This document shows positions 17,523-25,399 of a stretch of DNA of 58,657 nt, in pieces. The notes under the pieces were generated by a model. It made no database searches, was not told the DNA's origin, and saw only the letters and a program-made list of their open reading frames with translations. Within the stretch, counting starts at the first letter, position 1, and each line of letters starts with the position of its first letter. This DNA comes from an uncultured Candidatus Saccharibacteria bacterium. GTDB lineage: Bacteria; Patescibacteriota; Minisyncoccia; Phycocordibacterales; JACNGX01. Location: positions 236,252-294,908 of the forward strand of contig CAZULS010000002.1 of assembly GCA_964621395.1 (NCBI GenBank), written 5' to 3'. The position numbers were made by a program, and so were the translations under genes.

Positions 17523-18397
17523 GCATGTGTGTCATGCGCGGTACATGCATCAGGACATACCATTCGCATTTCATTATACACCTGAGTGATGCGTTTTGGC
17601 GAGAGACCAAGATCGACAAGCGCCGTTCTGTGTTGCGCCAGATCAGCACACGTTACAATACCTTGTTCCAGAAGTGCTTCTCTGTGGGAACGAGATAATC
17701 CAGGCAGTACGGTAATCGGATAAATATTTGTTTCTTCCACCAATTCACGCAAGCCCTTTCCTTTCGGGTATCCCCATCCGATAAGTGTCATACCAACGCA
17801 TGAGGCGTACGAAATCGCATTGGCGGTAAACTTGGTATTAGTGACGAGCCACGCTTCATGGAAACGATCTGTCTCAATGTGTTTCTGCGCGTGACGTTTC
17901 TCGATATCTTCAAATCGCGCCTGAACATACAGCACCGTCTTCAGATCACTGCGCAATGCATGGTTGTTGTGGAATTTGCACTCCACCAGCGTGTGAGTAC
18001 CTTTTTGGCGAGCTGAGACATCCACTTCATGCGGTGCACACCACCCCCTCACATCCACACCCACCCGCACATCATAGCCTTTGCGTTTGAGTATTTCACC
18101 AAAGAATGTTTCAAACGGATATCCCGAAGGACCCAGTTCGGCAATCGCGCGTCTGAGGGAATATTTAATCGCTATCGGCTTGGTGCCTCGTTTTTTGCGG
18201 AGCATGCCGAATGCCAGGCGGTACATTTCTTTTGTAGACATTCCTTCTTTTAATTCGGATATAACAGAGGAAACAATTCCTTCAATGATGTTTTTTTGTG
18301 CACCGGCACGTGCAAGCGAAGTACGCAATTTTTCAGGATCAAATTGCTCGTATTCTCCATTTGCCTTTAGCACTTTCGGATAGATACCGGATGTCAT
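17519..18397 (-). CDS. ATP-cone domain fused to an Mrr-like (PD-(D/E)xK) restriction-endonuclease fold
   Basis: The N-terminal VLKANGEYEQFDPEKLRTSL is ATP-cone-like. The centre HEVDVSA..HTLVECKF is nuclease-core-like. Confidence 0.6.
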   Translation of the reverse strand: MTSGIYPKVLKANGEYEQFDPEKLRTSLARAGAQKNIIEGIVSSVISELKEGMSTKEMYRLAFGMLRKKRGTKPIAIKYSLRRAIAELGPSGYPFETFFGEILKRKGYDVRVGVDVRGWCAPHEVDVSARQKGTHTLVECKFHNNHALRSDLKTVLYVQARFEDIEKRHAQKHIETDRFHEAWLVTNTKFTANAISYASCVGMTLIGWGYPKGKGLRELVEETNIYPITVLPGLSRSHREALLEQGIVTCADLAQHRTALVDLGLSPKRITQVYNEMRMVCPDACTAHDTHA

Positions 18398-18414
18398 ATG
18401 TCTTGTGTCTTGTA

Positions 18415-19209
18415 TTAGTTTACCTCGATACCAAATATGTCTTGGGTTGTTGTTGCTGTTTCTTCAAAGAAGACGGTCACTTCGTGTGCATCGTCGTGTT
18501 CGGGGAGACCTGATGGATTGTTCTTTTGGAATATCACGGTACCGGAATGATACGGCATGTCTTCAGAAACCGTAAATGCGATGTTGCCTTCAAACGGTAC
18601 AAATGATTCATTCATCCAATCACCTTGAGCGGTCGCAAACCCTTCTCCGATAATCCGCCCGTCCCAATCCGTTATGACCACAGGGAAATCACCCTCAAAG
18701 AACCACGTCCCTTTTGCTTCTCCTTCAACGTGAAGAGGAGACGAAACAACATCGGAAAAAACAGGTTGCATAACGGTAATATCCGGATGCTGCTTTTCTT
18801 CTTTGCTATCATGCTCGTCTTCTTCCATTATATCACTATCACTTAGAGCGCCTTTTTCACCCTCACATACAAGTTCCCAATCGCTCACCTCAAGCATGCC
18901 GCGGCACTCATCACTCATTGTCTCCGGTGCGACCACAGGACATTGGAATGAAGTTTCCTGCACAACATGGTATGTGGCACCGCCTCCGGGGAGCATGCTT
19001 ATCACCTTTACTGTCTTTACAGAAGAAGAATACTCAACTCTATCGAGGTACGCATCATTACAATACATAAGCGCCGTCTCGCTCGGGACGTTCAGACGGG
19101 CGGGAACCTGCCACGATGACACGGCTGCAATAATAATGATGAGCGCAAAGAATATGAGGTAATCGGGCGAGAAAAGTGCTGATTGATTCGCGCGCGTGCG
19201 TTTCTTCAT
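18415..19209 (-). CDS. membrane-anchored Gmad2 Ig-like domain protein
   Basis: GTWFFEGDFPVVITDWDGRIIGEGFATAQGDWMNESFVPFEG. Confidence 0.65.
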   Translation of the reverse strand: MKKRTRANQSALFSPDYLIFFALIIIIAAVSSWQVPARLNVPSETALMYCNDAYLDRVEYSSSVKTVKVISMLPGGGATYHVVQETSFQCPVVAPETMSDECRGMLEVSDWELVCEGEKGALSDSDIMEEDEHDSKEEKQHPDITVMQPVFSDVVSSPLHVEGEAKGTWFFEGDFPVVITDWDGRIIGEGFATAQGDWMNESFVPFEGNIAFTVSEDMPYHSGTVIFQKNNPSGLPEHDDAHEVTVFFEETATTTQDIFGIEVN

Positions 19210-19298
19210 TGCCTTACAGTATACTATGAATCAAGCTTGGTGGAAATACGCTTGGGGGTACACCTAGCCCGTGCGACCGGCACGGTCGGCCTAGGGAA

Positions 19299-19402
19299 GT
19301 ACGAATGCATACGAACATACGAAGAGAGGATTGTTTCCCGGACCGAATATACTCGCAATGCCCTATGTTCGTATGTTCGTACACGTTCGTAGTTCGTAAC
19401 CC
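19299..19402. repeat. word-like ACGAA/TTCGT inverted arms
   Basis: GTACGAATGCATACGAACATACGAAG pairs with CTATGTTCGTATGTTCGTAC. The same words occur at 43780-43967. Confidence 0.6.
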
Positions 19403-19453
19403 ATTAACAATTAACTTTTTTGTTTAAAATATTCCTTAAGATACATGCTGTGC

Positions 19454-19482
19454 TTGACACATACCCCAGGCGGGTATATGCT
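19454..19482 (+). promoter_or_regulatory. promoter with embedded CsoR-type operator
   Basis: TTGACA (19454-19459), then the GC-tract inverted repeat ATACCCCAGGCGGGTAT (19461-19477), then a TATGCT -10-like hexamer. Confidence 0.55.
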
Positions 19483-19744
19483 CTCTTCTATGATCACTGA
19501 AGATATCATTCACCGCTTAAACCGTGTGCAGGGTCAAATCGAAGGTCTGAAAAAGGCGATTTCTTCTTCCGAAAAAGAATGTGCGGACATTCTCTATCAG
19601 ATAAAAGCCACTCGTAGCGCACTGCGCAAGGTAGGCGAACTCTATGCGGAAGCATCCATGTGTGAGTGCGTCGATGAGAATTGCCCATCGGAAGCAAAAA
19701 AGAAGCGCATTACCGATACGCTGCATGCGATTTTGAAGCAGTAA
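19478..19744 (+). CDS. csoR: CsoR/RcnR-family metal-sensing repressor
   Basis: RLNRVQGQIEGLKKAI..IKATRSAL..C.C pattern. The start was moved downstream of the operator; 19490 is also possible. Confidence 0.8.
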   Translation: MLSSMITEDIIHRLNRVQGQIEGLKKAISSSEKECADILYQIKATRSALRKVGELYAEASMCECVDENCPSEAKKKRITDTLHAILKQ

Positions 19745-19868
19745 AGGAACGATAAACTGTAAACGATAAACGAAAAAACACAAGCGGCGTCGTTTGTGTG
19801 TTTAGAGTTTACTCTAGAGTTAATTACGTAATTAATTATGTAGTTAATTACGTAATTCTTTTTGACAT

Positions 19869-20519
19869 TTACTCCGGCAATGTCTGTTTTATGATATCAA
19901 GTACTTGCATGCCATTCGTATCCCAAAATGCAGTGGCGGGAATAGTGATATGCGCAAGCTCTGCATATTTGCCCACACGATATTGAAGAAGTGTTGGATA
20001 CGAAGCTCGAATGGCATCCTCCACACTTTGCCCTTCTTCTTTTACAAACATATCTCCCCATACGAGTGGTTTAATATTTTTGAAAAAGCGCTCCATCATC
20101 TCTTCCATATCATCCTCGCCAATGGAAAGATACACGATAAGAGTGTTGTCTCTCAACCAATTGAGTATGTCTTCGCAGTGGTACACGACGCTGCCTGTCG
20201 TATCGAAAACCAAATTCTTTCCATCGGTATCGAGAGTGCGGAGATTGGTATGTGTTTGTTCCAAATCAAGATATTGTTTTTCTCGCTCTCCATATTCGGG
20301 GGTATCAGGATACCCCAACCATCCGCCGACTTCATCGACATGATTAAAGCCAAGATCCTTGGCGATACGTTTGTCAACATTGTGATGGAAAAAATTGCAA
20401 TCTTGTGCGAGCGACAGCGCCCGCTGACTCTTCCCAACATTCGACATACCCACAAAAGCGAGACGCAACGTCCCTTCGTTTACATGCGCATCAAATTCAT
20501 ATTGTCGCAATTGCTCCAT
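19869..20519 (-). CDS. P-loop NTPase/kinase-like protein
   Basis: Walker A motif FVGMSNVGKS. Confidence 0.45.
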   Translation of the reverse strand: MEQLRQYEFDAHVNEGTLRLAFVGMSNVGKSQRALSLAQDCNFFHHNVDKRIAKDLGFNHVDEVGGWLGYPDTPEYGEREKQYLDLEQTHTNLRTLDTDGKNLVFDTTGSVVYHCEDILNWLRDNTLIVYLSIGEDDMEEMMERFFKNIKPLVWGDMFVKEEGQSVEDAIRASYPTLLQYRVGKYAELAHITIPATAFWDTNGMQVLDIIKQTLPE

Positions 20520-20566
20520 GATAGTGCTTTTAACATTTAACTTTTTAATCTCCTAATCTCCTGCCA

Positions 20567-21316
20567 CTACTTCTTTCGCACCGGTGCCTGAGACACCATT
20601 GCAACCGCTTCATCAATATCATCGGTAATCACATACAAATCCGGATCCTCCGGACTGACGGTGCCGTGTTTTTCCAAAAGCTCTTTGCGAATAAATTCGT
20701 CGAGCGGTTTCCAATACTCACTTCCCATGAGAATGATGGGGAGTCGTTCCGCCTTTTTTGTTTGTACGAGTGTGAGAATCTCAAAAAATTCATCGAGTGT
20801 ACCAAAACCGCCCGGGAAATAGATATACGCCTCGGATGAATAACTCAGAATCACTTTCCGAGAAAAGAAATAATAGAAGGATGCCTCATGCTCAACATAA
20901 TCATTCGTGCGCTGCTCAAACGGCAAACGAATCGTAATACCTACCGACGGCGCATTTCCTTCCACCGCACCGCGGTTCCCCGCCTCCATAATACCCGGAC
21001 CGCCACCCGTGACCACAGCATAGCCAAGCTCATCGGCAATGCGTCGTGCTGTTTCTCGTGCCATTTCGTAGTATTTGTTGTCTTCGGTAAAACGTGTCGA
21101 ACCAAAAATAGTCACCGACGCCGGATACCGATGAATAAGCTCAAACCCTTGGCGAAACTCCCGATCCACGGCACACATACGCACATCAATGTGATCGTCG
21201 TGCGTGTCGTGGCATTCTTTACGAATGGTATCTGCATCAAAACGCTTCCCTCCTCCAATCCGCGGACTGTTCAGCGGATCCCGTTTCTTCTTGGAAAATA
21301 TTTTCATATGGGACAT
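20567..21316 (-). CDS. LOG-family (TIGR00730) nucleotide phosphoribohydrolase
   Basis: VVTGGGPGIMEAGNRGA and PGGFGTLDEFFE motifs. Confidence 0.88.
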   Translation of the reverse strand: MSHMKIFSKKKRDPLNSPRIGGGKRFDADTIRKECHDTHDDHIDVRMCAVDREFRQGFELIHRYPASVTIFGSTRFTEDNKYYEMARETARRIADELGYAVVTGGGPGIMEAGNRGAVEGNAPSVGITIRLPFEQRTNDYVEHEASFYYFFSRKVILSYSSEAYIYFPGGFGTLDEFFEILTLVQTKKAERLPIILMGSEYWKPLDEFIRKELLEKHGTVSPEDPDLYVITDDIDEAVAMVSQAPVRKK

Positions 21317-21409
21317 AGTATAGCAAAAGGAGTTGCGAGTTGCGAGTATCGAGCCATCCCAATGCCTTTATTGCCAAGAAGCATGAAACGAGTATTATTA
21401 TGAGTATAC

Positions 21410-21943
21410 ATGAATACAAAACGCAAGAAAAACATAATTGAAATCTTGATTCTGATTGGAGTCCTCGGATCAATAACTGCTCTTATCTCTCTTGGAAATC
21501 TGAAAGAGGAACACCAGCAGCAATACAACGCGGACAGTCAAAACACTGAGGTGTATGCGGAGAAAGTCATTGACGGAGACACGATTCATATAAACGCGGG
21601 CGAGAGAATACGCTATGCGGGCATAGACGCGCCGGAAACACATCATCCCGAAGTCGGCGAAGAATGCTACGACGAGGAGGCAACGGCATTCAACAAACAG
21701 CTTGTAATGGGAAAACAACTGTATCTTGTGTCTGACAAAACGGACTCAGATCATTACGGCAGACTTCTTCGCTATGTATTCACGGACGACGGTGTATTCG
21801 TAAATTACGCATTAGTGCGGAATGGGTACGCTCAAGTCTTGAACATACCACCGGACGATATGTTTTATGACTACTTTGCAGAAGCTCAAAGGCAAGCAAA
21901 AGCCGAGGGCTTGGGCATATGGACTCATTGTTTTAATAGATAA
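21410..21943 (+). CDS. nuc: thermonuclease (SNase-like), membrane anchored
   Basis: VIDGDTIHI..RYAGIDAPE..GRLLRYV. Confidence 0.85.
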   Translation: MNTKRKKNIIEILILIGVLGSITALISLGNLKEEHQQQYNADSQNTEVYAEKVIDGDTIHINAGERIRYAGIDAPETHHPEVGEECYDEEATAFNKQLVMGKQLYLVSDKTDSDHYGRLLRYVFTDDGVFVNYALVRNGYAQVLNIPPDDMFYDYFAEAQRQAKAEGLGIWTHCFNR

Positions 21944-21952
21944 CACATTCTT

Positions 21953-22381
21953 ATGAAAGATTACAAAAATATAATCATTGCGGTGTTGGTTATAGTTTCA
22001 GTGACATTTGGTATACGTCTGTTTACCGGTGATTCGGATACACCAATAGCGACAACACCCGACGCGGTATACAGTGCCGACACGCAATCCGCAGAGTGTA
22101 TCACGGCGGAAGAATCATGGGATCACATAGGTGATTTTATGTGCGTGGAATATTTTGTTGCCAGCCCGTATACGTCCAACAAAGGCAACGTGTTTCTCAA
22201 CGAAAAGAGAGACTACAAAAACGGTTTTACAACCGTCATATTTGCAACATCCGCCAACAACTTCAAAGCACCGGAAAGTACATACGGCTACAAAACAATT
22301 CAAGCAACCGGTTTGATTAAGATGTACCAGGGACATCCCGAGATTATCGCCAATGACCCGTCACAAATTAGAGTAAAATAA
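21953..22381 (+). CDS. hypothetical membrane-anchored protein
   Basis: 142-aa ORF 10 nt after nuc, with an N-terminal TM helix. Confidence 0.5.
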   Translation: MKDYKNIIIAVLVIVSVTFGIRLFTGDSDTPIATTPDAVYSADTQSAECITAEESWDHIGDFMCVEYFVASPYTSNKGNVFLNEKRDYKNGFTTVIFATSANNFKAPESTYGYKTIQATGLIKMYQGHPEIIANDPSQIRVK

Positions 22382-22559
22382 TCGTGCTGCCGGACTAGGA
22401 GTGCTCACTGCTCCCAAGCACCACTTTCGTAAACGAAAGGTGGTGTTCGGTCCGCTCGCGGAACCCACGGTTCCACGGACATCCTCCACGGGGCCGTTCC
22501 GGCGACCCCGACCCCCGACGAGTTCGAGTCCTAGTTCGTCGCTCTCGCTATCGCTCGTG
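22382..22559 (-). ncRNA. variant tRNA-linked element (TLE-E5) with displaced tRNA-Gln 3' copy
   Basis: The 19-nt direct repeat TCGTGCTGCCGGACTAGGA occurs at 22382-22400 and 22555-22573. A hairpin at 22516-22541 presents, in tRNA sense, ACTAGGACTCGAAC, the rc of the T-arm of tRNA-Gln. It shares the ACACCACYTTC/GAAAGTGGTG stem with TLE-E4. Confidence 0.5.
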
Positions 22560-22630
22560 CTGCCGGACTAGGACTCGAACCTAGATTGACGGGACCAAAA
22601 CCCGCTGTCCTACCATTAGACGATCCGGCA
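22560..22630 (-). tRNA. tRNA-Gln (anticodon TTG)
   Basis: Acceptor TGCCGGA/TCCGGCA (U1-A72), anticodon loop TTTTGGT, T-arm CTAGG-TTCGAGT-CCTAG. Confidence 0.9.
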
Positions 22631-22685
22631 ATGTCGTGTCATGATAACACTTTTTTGTGTTTAGTCAAACGGATGCACAAAATCT

Positions 22686-22748
22686 GTCATTCCGGGCTTG
22701 ACCCGGAATCTAGGACAACGATAGATTCTGAATCAAGTTCAGAATGAC
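22686..22748. repeat. convergent doublet of GTCAT hairpins
   Basis: GTCATTCCGGGCTTGACCCGGAATC and, on the rc strand, GTCATTCTGAACTTGATTCAGAATC. Confidence 0.75.
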
Positions 22749-22775
22749 ATAAAAAACACAAATCTCATTACGTTT

Positions 22776-23804
22776 TTACTCCCCTACACAATCCATAAGT
22801 GCAAGTTCGAGTGGGAGTTCGGGGATGAAGGTGCGGGAGATTTCGTATTCGGCTTGGATGAATGTGCGGAGGGTATCGGCGGTGATGCGTGCACCTCCAT
22901 CTTTGGCGAGCATTTCGAGTTTGGTGAGTTCGTCTTCTGACACATCCTCGGCAAGGATCGCTTTTATTTTCGGATTAAAGCGAAGAAGCAACAATGTGCG
23001 GAGGTTGCGCAAGAGGAGTTTCGCAAAGACATCCATTGCCACACCGCTTTCTTTTGCCGTGCGGATTGCTTCGAGGCCTTTGGCACCATCGCCATACGCC
23101 ACTGCTTCAATAAGCGCGTGAATGGTTTCGGCCTGCGGAGCACCGGTCACCTCCTCCACCTCTTTTCGGGTGAGTTTTTTGTCTGAGGAAGCGCCGATCA
23201 CCTTTTGCAACATGCCAAGCGTGTCGCGGAATGAGCCGTCGCCTAAAAGCGCGATGAGGCCGGCAGACGAAGCGTCGAGTGTGTAGCCTTCTTTTTTGGC
23301 AACATCTCGCACGATATCAGAGAGTGTTTCAATGCCGGGCTTTTTGAAGGTAAAGACTTGGCAACGTGAGACGACTGTGTCGAGAAGCTTGTGCGGTTCT
23401 GTCGTCGCCAGGATAAAGATGACATGCGCGGGCGGTTCTTCCAGTGTCTTCAGAAGCGCATTAAAAGAATCCTTGGTGAGCATGTGCACCTCGTCGATAA
23501 TATACACCTTATACGACGAAGAAAACGGCAACGTGCGCACCGCCTCACGAAGCTCGCGAATATCATCAATACCGCGATTCGATGCCGCATCGATTTCATA
23601 GATATCTTCCGGTACACATCCCAGGTCTTTGGCAAAGATGCGGGCAACGGTTGTTTTTCCCGTGCCGCGTCCACCGGCGAAGAGATAAGCGTGGGCGGGA
23701 TTTTTTGCGAGAATTGCCGCCTTGAGCGCCGCAACAATACTCTCTTGTCCGCGGACCTCGCTCCATGTGGCGGGGCGATAGGTACGATACAGTGCTTGTG
23801 ACAT
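22776..23804 (-). CDS. dnaX: DNA polymerase III gamma/tau subunit (short)
   Basis: GGRGTGKTT, IIDEVHMLT, LKTLEEPP, SRCQ. The start was set at MSQALYRTYRP; the track ORF runs to 23837. Confidence 0.93.
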   Translation of the reverse strand: MSQALYRTYRPATWSEVRGQESIVAALKAAILAKNPAHAYLFAGGRGTGKTTVARIFAKDLGCVPEDIYEIDAASNRGIDDIRELREAVRTLPFSSSYKVYIIDEVHMLTKDSFNALLKTLEEPPAHVIFILATTEPHKLLDTVVSRCQVFTFKKPGIETLSDIVRDVAKKEGYTLDASSAGLIALLGDGSFRDTLGMLQKVIGASSDKKLTRKEVEEVTGAPQAETIHALIEAVAYGDGAKGLEAIRTAKESGVAMDVFAKLLLRNLRTLLLLRFNPKIKAILAEDVSEDELTKLEMLAKDGGARITADTLRTFIQAEYEISRTFIPELPLELALMDCVGE

Positions 23805-23861
23805 ATGGAAGATTATACCATACAGGAGTTTGGGCACAAAAAAAGAGGCTGATTAGGCCTC

Positions 23862-24191
23862 TCATTTCATTTTCTGTAACGCCGACTGTACCGCCTCAAC
23901 ACCATACACTTCTGTGACTCTGCTCAGTGCTTCGCGAACAGGATTACCTTCAAACATAAATTCCAGCGAAACACCGGCTATTTCCGTGGCATCAAGCAAT
24001 ACTTCTAATTTTGGATACTTTTTCCCTAATTCGACCAGGGAGACATAATTTCGACTCACTCCGAGTTTATCTGCAAACTCTTCTTGAGAAAGGCAGGTCT
24101 TGTCCCTGGCAGCCTTGAAATTCATGCCCACGATTCGCATCATGGTCTCGTGGTCCACAAGTAGCTTTTTATCCTCTTTCATAATGAACAT
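23862..24191 (-). CDS. XRE-family helix-turn-helix regulator
   Basis: LSQEEFADKLGVSRNYVSLVELGKKYP. Confidence 0.75.
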   Translation of the reverse strand: MFIMKEDKKLLVDHETMMRIVGMNFKAARDKTCLSQEEFADKLGVSRNYVSLVELGKKYPKLEVLLDATEIAGVSLEFMFEGNPVREALSRVTEVYGVEAVQSALQKMK

Positions 24192-24295
24192 GTTAGTGTG
24201 TTATCGAAGTTCTTTATTCTTGTTATCATAAGTAAGATTGTTTGTAAAGCAAATCAAATCAAAAATTCCGCTTGCGCGGAATTTTTGATGTTTTG

Positions 24296-25016
24296 AAGGA
24301 CCATGTCTGTAAGCCGAATTCTGTACGCGCTACGCGCGCGATAATGATTTATCTGGGATGTGTGTTGCCACACACCTCAATGCGGCACTCCGAGCACCAC
24401 TTTTGGTAAAAAATCTTTTTCACCAAAAGTGGTGCTCAGCACGGCCTTGCACACAGGTAAGGATTTAGCCGTTTCACTAAAACATTCGCTTGCGAATGTT
24501 CGTGCGAACATCATGCGCTTCTGCATGATGTTTTAGCACCCGCGTTACCACGGTACTAACCCTGCTCTCCTGAAAAAGAAAAACCGGGTTTCGATTCCTT
24601 TCGGAATACGACGTCTCTGCTCGCACCTCTATAGCCCCTTCAAGCTACCGACGGGCGTTACCCGCTACCCTTTTCCGACACCACTTTCATGTACTTGCTC
24701 TTTAAGAGCCTGTTCATAATCTCATGTCGTGCGTAATGCATCATATACCGAGCGAAAATCGTGAAAAATGACGAAGGAGTACTCTCGTACTTCAAGGCAT
24801 TTTGAGCGATTTGCAGCCGGTATATGATGTGTTAAGCCGACAAGGATATATTGTTCTTCATTCAATGCCGTTGAGATTATGAACAGGCTCTAAGGACGAA
24901 TAACCAACATGCTCGGTATCGCCCCTTCTCTCTGCAACTCCACAAAAGTGGTGTCGGATGTGTTCGGACTTTCCTCTAATGTTTCAAGAAACATCAGCCA
25001 TTACCCAACATGGCGT
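24296..25016 (-). ncRNA. rnpB: RNase P RNA, about 720 nt, expanded by repeat insertions
   Basis: The minus strand carries GAGGAAAGTCCGAACAC (CR-I like, ~24962-24978) and ACAGAATTCGGCTTAC (CR-V like, ~24309-24324), plus GGGTAACGCCCGT. P1-like CCATGT/ACATGG ends are present. A terminator hairpin lies at 24261-24286. Confidence 0.85.
24705..24891 (+). mobile_element. R185 TIR element inserted inside rnpB
   Basis: 20-bp terminal inverted repeats AGAGCCTGTTCATAATCTCA / TGAGATTATGAACAGGCTCT. A near-identical copy lies at 38879-39060. Confidence 0.8.
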
Positions 25017-25075
25017 ACAAAGCATTATATCACAATGTAACAATATGTCAAAAGAAAAAAGCGGGTACTCCCGCT

Positions 25076-25378
25076 TTATTTGAACACGGCCTTTGGAAAA
25101 ACAATATTTGTCGCTTTTACCACCACGTCTTCAGTCCATGCCATACCCTCTAAGGTCCACCCTGCAATATAAGTTATCCCCAGGAGAACATAAAATAGCG
25201 GAATTGCAATGATGTTTGGCAGGAACTTTTTAAAGATAAGGCGTGGAAAACTCATTTCTCTCACTCTTCCTCCCTCAAAGAAGAAGGCGACCTGGGCAAT
25301 AAACCCTTTCTTTTTCAAAGTTATTTTCATATCGTCCTGATTTAGGTTCGAAAAAATACTGCTTTCTTGAGTATACAT
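25076..25378 (-). CDS. hypothetical membrane protein
   Basis: 100-aa ORF with a TM helix. The terminator hairpin GCGGGTACTCCCGC lies just 3'. Confidence 0.45.
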   Translation of the reverse strand: MYTQESSIFSNLNQDDMKITLKKKGFIAQVAFFFEGGRVREMSFPRLIFKKFLPNIIAIPLFYVLLGITYIAGWTLEGMAWTEDVVVKATNIVFPKAVFK

Positions 25379-25399
25379 ATGGACAGGAAAAAGTCAAAA

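Noticed and set aside
24192-25075. The ORF-free 880-bp stretch could be a degraded gene or an rRNA fragment.
   Set aside because: It contains the universal RNase P RNA motifs in the correct order on the minus strand, and the extra length is explained by repeat insertions.
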